From Candidatus Sumerlaeia bacterium (lineage in GTDB: Bacteria > Sumerlaeota > Sumerlaeia > SLMS01): 12,976 nt of DNA. Every line of letters begins with the position of its first letter. Positions within the stretch are counted from its first letter, which is position 1. Shown piece after piece: positions 7,516-12,976 of the stretch. The notes under the pieces are model-generated. The model had not been told where the DNA came from and did not search any database. It was given only the letters and a program-made list of their open reading frames with translations. The position numbers were made by a program, and so were the translations under genes. The DNA is taken from NCBI GenBank assembly GCA_038208905.1, contig JBBQYG010000117.1:1-12976 (forward strand). Reading direction: 5' to 3'.

Positions 7516-8120
7516 CCCCGACCCCCCGCCTCCTCTCGCTGTTGGCTCTTGTCGCGCTGACCGTTCTTGCCGCGACCGGCTGCACCCCCGTTGTCCGCGA
7601 CCGGACGCTGCCGCCGTCGGTGCGCTCCGTCCACGTTCCGATGATCGTCAATCGGACGCAGCAGCCCGGGCTGGAGGAGCGCCTTACCGTGGCCTTCCAG
7701 CGCGAGCTTCTGGCCGACGGCCGCCTCGACGTGGTCAAGGAGACCAAGGCCGACGCCATTGTGCGGATGACCATCGACAACTTCGACGATTATCCTGCGG
7801 CGCTCGACGCCGATGGATTTGGCGTCAGCCGCCAGTGGGACGTCAGGGCCCGGATGGAAATCCTGGAGAACATCCCCGGGCGCCCGAGCATCGGGGGCGT
7901 GCGCAAGATCAAGGCGCGCTGGGTCTCCAACGACGATTCGCGGACGACGACCTTCACGCCGGAAAGCCGCGAGATCGAGGAGTTGGCCACGATCTTTGGC
8001 CGCGAGGCGCTGCTGGAACTCATCACCGGCGAGTTCGAGGAAATCGCCCCCGAGCTTGAGGAGGCGCAGGGCCGCGAAGGGCGCGAGATGCCAACGGCGG
8101 GCATCGAGCTCCCCCGATAG
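7512..8120 (+). CDS. lptE: LptE-like (LPS assembly) outer-membrane lipoprotein, 202 aa
   Basis: GTG start overlaps the lolA stop (GTGA, 7512-7515). Lipoprotein signal with lipobox LAATG-C. LPPSVRSVHVPMIVNRTQQPGLEERLTVAFQRELLADGRLDVV...ADAIVRMTI matches the LptE-like pattern. Confidence 0.75.
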   Translation: MTPTPRLLSLLALVALTVLAATGCTPVVRDRTLPPSVRSVHVPMIVNRTQQPGLEERLTVAFQRELLADGRLDVVKETKADAIVRMTIDNFDDYPAALDADGFGVSRQWDVRARMEILENIPGRPSIGGVRKIKARWVSNDDSRTTTFTPESREIEELATIFGREALLELITGEFEEIAPELEEAQGREGREMPTAGIELPR

Positions 8121-8132
8121 CGGCGCACCGCC

Positions 8133-10214
8133 ATGGCACGCGCGGCCATCGAGACCGTCGGCGAGCTTCGGTCTCGATTCCGGCGGCACAGTCTGCTGGT
8201 CGTCAGCACGGCCCTCTATCTGGCGGCAATCGCCGGAACGCTCTACACCATCGAGACCGCCTATTACCTCCCTGCAAAATGGGATCTGATCCGCATACAG
8301 CTGTCGGATAGGTCCTACATCGATTCCAAGACGGGGATCGACTATCATCTGGCGGCGATCGAATACGCATCGGCGCACTATCACAATGCTCCCGCTGATC
8401 GCATGGAGAGCATTCGCGGGCGCCTGAAAGAGCGTGGGCGAGCTTACATGGATGCCTCGCCCACGCTGACGGCACTCCTGCTGGAAACCACCGCGGGCGA
8501 GCAACTCTACTTTGCCGAGCGGCGGGTGCGCCTGGCCGCACAGCACAACTTTAGCAATAGCATCCTGACACGCTCCTTTGAGCGACAGGCCCAGCAGACG
8601 ATCGCGCGCCCCGGCGACGCGCTGGAGACCTATGCGGTTAGCCGCGTCTTTGTGACAACGGCGTTGGGGAACCCGGCCATCGAGAGGCTGACGAATTCCT
8701 ATCGCGCGGCGATGCTGGGATCCGTGGGGTTTCTCTCTCTGATCTACTACATGCTGCTGATTCTGCTGATCCTTCCGCTCAGTCGGCTGCTGGCATGCTT
8801 GGAGATGCGCCAGGGCGGCGGCTCCACGATCATTGCGTCGCCTCGAAGCCACGTCGAGCGCGCCTACAACTCGCTGGCGCGTGACGCCTCGCTCACGCGC
8901 CTCTCGAAGGAACTGCGGGAGATCATCTCCGGCGAGGGGCTGTCCCACGTGGAGCCATTCCTCGACCGAGTGCCCAGGCTGGTGGAAAACAATCTGGGGA
9001 TTGTCGGGTGCCAAGTGTGGGCCGCGTCTCGCCGCACGGGAAGCGGCGCATGGCAGATCGAGAAGTCCTTCGCGCGGGAGCTGACTTGGTTCCGTCCCGC
9101 CGACTTCGCCCCCGTGCTGGAGACACTCCTTGGCGATTCGGTTCCCCAGGCCGGCGTCGGTCATTTAGCCCGGGCGGGCGATGGCGAAGGGGGTCATGCG
9201 TTCTTCTGGGATGTTCTGGATTCGACGCATGAGCGCCTCCTCCTGTTCGTGGTCCAGATACCGCCGGGAGCCCCCGAGCCCGCGCCCTGGTGGATCGACT
9301 GCTTCTCCCGCGTGGGAAACGAACTGCGCTACGCCATCTTCAGCGTCGAGGAACAGCGGCGCATGATCCTCGCCGAGAAGTCCAAGGCCAACGTCTCGCT
9401 CTCGCGGAATCTGGGGCACGACCTGACCAACATCATCGCCACCAGCAAGCTGGAGCTGATGAACGTGAAGATGTTCCTCTCGATGAGGGCCGAGGACGTG
9501 AGGAAATCCCCCGCCAAGGAGCAGATCTTCCGCGAGTCGCTGGAGGCGCTCCTCAACAATACGCGCTTCCTGCAGGAAATCGTGAACCTCTACCGCAGCT
9601 TCAGCTATATCCAGAAGCCCCGCTTCGAGGAGGTGGACATCGCCGAGCTGGTGGAGGACGTGTCCCAGCTCTATCGCCTCTCCGTCTCCCGCCACATCCG
9701 CGTGGAAACTCGACTTGCGGGGGACATTCCGCCGGTGCGCGTCGAGCCCCGCCTGCTCAGGCTCGCGCTCTTCAACCTCCTCACCAACGCCGCCGAGGCG
9801 ATCAAGCGCGCCACCTCCGCCGACAACCCCGCCGGATCCATTGTCGTCTCCGCGCAATTCGACGCGGCCCAGCGCCGCATCGCCATCGCCGTGGAAGACA
9901 CGGGCACGGGAATCTGCGATAGGGACGGGAACCTGTTGAATCCCGACCAGTTGTCGGAGATTTTTCGTCTGGGCTTCTCGACCAAGGCCAATCAGGAGGG
10001 CGAGGGCCTGGGTCTTAACTGGGTGCAGACCATCGTCCGCGAGTTCCACGGCGGAGAGATCGTTGCCGCAAACCGGCCCGGGGGGGGCGCCAGCTTTGCC
10101 ATCCGCCTCCCCACGGCACACCACGCCGGCATGGATTCCTCGACCAAGTTTACCTCGGCAAAGCGGGGCGAAGAGCACACACTCCAGGAAGCCAGAGGGG
10201 AAACGATACCATGA
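8133..10214 (+). CDS. Membrane sensor histidine kinase (TM, periplasmic domain, TM, cytoplasmic linker possibly GAF-like, HisKA, HATPase), 693 aa
   Basis: Two hydrophobic helices (LLVVSTALYLAAIAGTLY; MLGSVGFLSLIYYMLLILLILPL). H-box SRNLGHDLTNII (His429, nt 9417-9419), N-box LFNLLTNAAEA, G1 VEDTGTGI, F-box IFRLGFSTK, G2 GEGLGL. Confidence 0.95.
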   Translation: MARAAIETVGELRSRFRRHSLLVVSTALYLAAIAGTLYTIETAYYLPAKWDLIRIQLSDRSYIDSKTGIDYHLAAIEYASAHYHNAPADRMESIRGRLKERGRAYMDASPTLTALLLETTAGEQLYFAERRVRLAAQHNFSNSILTRSFERQAQQTIARPGDALETYAVSRVFVTTALGNPAIERLTNSYRAAMLGSVGFLSLIYYMLLILLILPLSRLLACLEMRQGGGSTIIASPRSHVERAYNSLARDASLTRLSKELREIISGEGLSHVEPFLDRVPRLVENNLGIVGCQVWAASRRTGSGAWQIEKSFARELTWFRPADFAPVLETLLGDSVPQAGVGHLARAGDGEGGHAFFWDVLDSTHERLLLFVVQIPPGAPEPAPWWIDCFSRVGNELRYAIFSVEEQRRMILAEKSKANVSLSRNLGHDLTNIIATSKLELMNVKMFLSMRAEDVRKSPAKEQIFRESLEALLNNTRFLQEIVNLYRSFSYIQKPRFEEVDIAELVEDVSQLYRLSVSRHIRVETRLAGDIPPVRVEPRLLRLALFNLLTNAAEAIKRATSADNPAGSIVVSAQFDAAQRRIAIAVEDTGTGICDRDGNLLNPDQLSEIFRLGFSTKANQEGEGLGLNWVQTIVREFHGGEIVAANRPGGGASFAIRLPTAHHAGMDSSTKFTSAKRGEEHTLQEARGETIP

Positions 10215-11476
10215 GCACCAAGGTCCTGATTGTTGACGACAACGAGCTGTACCGGACGGCGTTCCGCCGCAACCTGATCCTGAAGGACTACGAGGTGACG
10301 GAGGCCGAGAACGCCGACGACGCCCTGCGCTCCTACGAGCAATCCGTCCCCGATATCGTGGTGACGGACCTGAGCATGAGGACGCCGACGGAGGGCCTCG
10401 ACCTGATCCGCTCCCTCAAGCAGATCGATCCGCTCATGCCCGTGGTGCTGATCTCCGCCGTGGGCACCTTCGAGGAGGGGTCCCTCGCCAAGGAACTCGG
10501 TGCCGATCGCGTCCTGATGAAGCAGAAGATCGACGAACACATCGAGGAACTCTACGACGCGATCGAGAAGGCCCGCGGCATGGGCGCGCAGCTCCGCGCA
10601 ATGCGTGCGGAGATCGATAAGATCGCCTCCAAGCCCGAGTCCGTCACGCCCGCCCAGGTGGCGCGCCTGCGCGAGATCATCTCCAAGCCCGGCCAGCACC
10701 CGGTGATCCTGGCGGAGGGCTATGACGCGATGGCGCTGGCCACGGAAAAGGACATCCGCATTGCCATCGAGAAGCAGATCGACAGTGCCGCGGAGGCCGG
10801 CGTCCGCGATGCGGAACACCGCCTGACCGAGTTCCTTCCCGAACTCGCCAAGTTCGCGCCCGAGACGATCAAGGAACTGCGCACGGCGGAGTACTTCTTT
10901 CAGCGGCAGGGCGGCGACAAGCCCCAGGACGCCGTGGACTTCTCCCGCAACATCGGCTTCTCCTTCTGCTTCGCCGTGGAGAACGAGGCGAAGGTCCGCC
11001 TGCGCAAAAAGCTCCAGAAGTTCCTCTCCGACAGCGGCAGCGTGAAGCTCATCCGCAGCCTCCTCGACGGCCGATCGGGCCAGCTCGACATCTTCTATCA
11101 TCAGTATTTGCTAAGGCTCGAGCAGCAGATCAGCTTCGACTTCACCGTGGACAACGTGCGCCAGGTGTTCCAGCGCATCCTTGAACACGAGTCGCGCTAC
11201 AAGCCGGACGGACTCAAGGCCCTTGGCATCATGATCGTGTGCTTTGGGCGCGAATACACCGTCAAGGGACTGAAGGGGCCGGTGAAGGTCCAAAATCCCC
11301 TGGCGCTGCGCGCGTTCAACACCGACGAGGAGGTGCTGCGCTTCGCCCACCTGCTCGTCTCGCTCCAGCACTACCGCAACCCGTATATACACCCGGAAAT
11401 CAGCGAGATGGAGAAGGTCTCCAAGATACGCGAGACGGCCATCCTATGCCTCAAGGAAATCGCGCGCCTCCCGTGA
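10211..11476 (+). CDS. Response regulator: receiver domain, helical linker and putative HEPN-like C-terminal domain, 421 aa
   Basis: Receiver residues are intact: D9/D10, phosphoacceptor D53 (DIVVTDL), S82, K104. ATGA overlap with the kinase. No recognisable HTH, AAA+, GGDEF, EAL or HD-GYP motif. The C-terminus has DFSRNIGFSFCFAVENE and RNPYIH. The receiver call is secure; the HEPN call is inferred. Confidence 0.9.
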   Translation: MSTKVLIVDDNELYRTAFRRNLILKDYEVTEAENADDALRSYEQSVPDIVVTDLSMRTPTEGLDLIRSLKQIDPLMPVVLISAVGTFEEGSLAKELGADRVLMKQKIDEHIEELYDAIEKARGMGAQLRAMRAEIDKIASKPESVTPAQVARLREIISKPGQHPVILAEGYDAMALATEKDIRIAIEKQIDSAAEAGVRDAEHRLTEFLPELAKFAPETIKELRTAEYFFQRQGGDKPQDAVDFSRNIGFSFCFAVENEAKVRLRKKLQKFLSDSGSVKLIRSLLDGRSGQLDIFYHQYLLRLEQQISFDFTVDNVRQVFQRILEHESRYKPDGLKALGIMIVCFGREYTVKGLKGPVKVQNPLALRAFNTDEEVLRFAHLLVSLQHYRNPYIHPEISEMEKVSKIRETAILCLKEIARLP

Positions 11477-12783
11477 GCAAGAACCTTGGCCGCACCATTC
11501 GCCGCATCGCGCCGTTGATCGCGCTGGTCCTCCTCGCGCGGGTCCTAACCGCCCAGGCGGTCGGCCCCGATCCGCGGTGGATCGCGCTCTTCGAGCGGTG
11601 CTACGGAACCGAGGGCCTCTACACGGTGGAGATGTATCCGGAAGACGAGGAAGGCGCCTCGCGCCTCAACCTCCAGTTGCTGAATGCCTCGGCGCGCGAA
11701 TTGAGAAAATCCGGAATCCGGACGATCCCAAGCGCCGAGGACCTCGTGGCGCGCGGCGCCGTGGCGGGGCTCCATCCGCATCCCGCCGAGGAGTCCTATC
11801 TCTGGGACTCCGCCCGCAATTGCTTCGAGAGTTCACTCGGCGGCAAGAACTCGACGGCGCAGGGGGCGCTCACGCTGCTTCGCGCCAACGCCGACGTGCG
11901 CCGGCGGATGCTCTCGCCCGATATGTTTGTGCGCCAGCGGTGGAAGCAGGTGTACCAAAGCCCCGACTGCCCACCCTTCCTGAAGAATGAGATCCTCCTT
12001 CGCGAGTTCCTCCTCGACAAGTACGAGATCGCCAGCGCCCAGACCGCCCACTCGATTCAGCAGACCCTTGTGATGATTGAGGAGGGCATCAAGCTCTACG
12101 CGATTCGCGAGAAGAAGAACCTTGGCGACTCCATCACGATGGAGGAACTCATCGCGTCGCGCCTCATTGGTTCCGTGGAGCGCCCGCCCGAAGGCGTGGA
12201 GATCATCGTCAAGTCCATCGGCGAAGCGCCGCGAGCCACCTTCGACGGTGCCGAGATAACCACCGATCCCTCCAGCGTGGAGGCCTATCACCGCGCCAAG
12301 GTCGAGAAGGCCTGGACAGCCTATCCCAACTTTCCCCCGGCCATCGCCCTGAAGGCGCGATTCGCCACGCCCGGGGAAGCCATCAAGCTGATCGACAACG
12401 CCGTGATGCGCTGGCCCGGCGTGCCCGGAATGCGCATCGAGCGCATGGCACACAATGCGCGGCTCAAGCGCTTCGACGCATGGCGCGAGGACCTTGGCTA
12501 CCTCCTCGGGCACTTCCCCACGGCACCGGTTCTTTTCGAGATGCAGTCCATGGCCGAGGCCGCCGAGGTACTCGCCGACGAGACCGAGCGGGCGCGCCTG
12601 GCCACGGCCCTGGCGGATATACGCCCCGACCTTCTCAGCCACCAGCTCGCCGCGATTCAGGCGTTGGTTGACTCCAAGAAAATCGACGCCGCGCGCCTGA
12701 TCCACGCCCGCATGGTGGCAACACAGCCGGGCTGGGCACAGGTCCTTCCGCCGCCGGGGTCCGAGCCCCCGCCCGCGAATTGA
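11473..12783 (+). CDS. Secreted hypothetical protein, 436 aa, with two pilin-head-like repeats and a TPR-like helical C-terminus
   Basis: GTG start overlaps the regulator stop (GTGA, 11473-11476). Sec signal MSKNLGRTIRRIAPLIALVLLARVLTAQA (AQA cleavage site). Host-like codon usage. Domain guesses are by eye. Confidence 0.8.
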   Translation: MSKNLGRTIRRIAPLIALVLLARVLTAQAVGPDPRWIALFERCYGTEGLYTVEMYPEDEEGASRLNLQLLNASARELRKSGIRTIPSAEDLVARGAVAGLHPHPAEESYLWDSARNCFESSLGGKNSTAQGALTLLRANADVRRRMLSPDMFVRQRWKQVYQSPDCPPFLKNEILLREFLLDKYEIASAQTAHSIQQTLVMIEEGIKLYAIREKKNLGDSITMEELIASRLIGSVERPPEGVEIIVKSIGEAPRATFDGAEITTDPSSVEAYHRAKVEKAWTAYPNFPPAIALKARFATPGEAIKLIDNAVMRWPGVPGMRIERMAHNARLKRFDAWREDLGYLLGHFPTAPVLFEMQSMAEAAEVLADETERARLATALADIRPDLLSHQLAAIQALVDSKKIDAARLIHARMVATQPGWAQVLPPPGSEPPPAN

Positions 12784-12976
12784 ACCATCTGGCGCACCTT
12801 GCCCTTTCCGACGGCACCGGGCCGTCGATGGCGGGGAACATGATGGCCGACTCGATCAAGGGACGCCAGATCGACGCGCTCCCACCCGCAATGCGCGAGG
12901 GCGTCCGGCAGCATCGGGCCGTGGACGCTTTTACCGACGCCCACCCCCGCGTCCTTGCCAGCATCGCCCGCCTCAA
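12780..12976 (+). CDS. acpH: Acyl carrier protein phosphodiesterase (AcpH/YajB family), 3'-truncated; absent from the ORF track
   Basis: TTG at 12780 overlaps the previous stop (TTGA). It translates as MNHLAHLALSDGTGPSMAGNMMADSIKGRQIDALPPAMREGVRQHRAVDAFTDAHPRV, matching the AcpH pattern MNxLAH...GN..AD..KG...G...HR.xD.xTD.HP. Confidence 0.92.
   Translation, partial: MNHLAHLALSDGTGPSMAGNMMADSIKGRQIDALPPAMREGVRQHRAVDAFTDAHPRVLASIARL

Noticed and set aside
7401..9164. 587-aa minus-strand ORF, plus the similar 6628-7509, 9165-10178, 9992-11101 and 11833-12705 ORFs
   Set aside because: Antisense shadows of well-supported + strand genes. Long stop-free reverse frames are expected at this GC content, and they contain no recognisable motifs.
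11239..11472. Upstream extension of the 436-aa secreted protein
   Set aside because: Overlaps the regulator's C-terminal domain. GTG 11473 puts the signal peptide at the N-terminus.
1..12976. Taxonomic assignment (the protein style suggested Candidatus Sumerlaeota/BRC1 or a PVC-like lineage)
   Set aside because: An impression only. No marker gene in the window supports it without a database search.

Overview
GC-rich (roughly two-thirds G+C by eye) chromosomal window from a diderm, LPS-making bacterium. Left part: a + strand pair (5'-truncated SpoU/TrmH methyltransferase, waaA Kdo transferase) converging on a - strand run of tRNA-Tyr(GUA), NagX/HGSNAT-like membrane protein, APC permease and THUMP/UPF0020-type RNA methyltransferase. 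Middle (5605-6750): a small, accessory-looking patch with a 59-aa orphan ORF, an apparently headless gene for an Ig-like extracellular domain, and AT-rich inverted repeats. Right part: a tightly coupled + strand operon of LolA-like, LptE-like, membrane sensor histidine kinase, response regulator, secreted protein with pilin-like repeats, and acpH (missed by the ORF track, runs off the end). The best candidate for a novel system is the response regulator. It has an intact receiver domain but no DNA-binding output. Its C-terminus instead carries HEPN-type signatures (DFS...CFAVENE and RNPYIH = R-x4-H), which suggests a kinase-controlled RNase embedded in an envelope/lipid operon. All family calls come from recognising motifs by eye; no searches were run.
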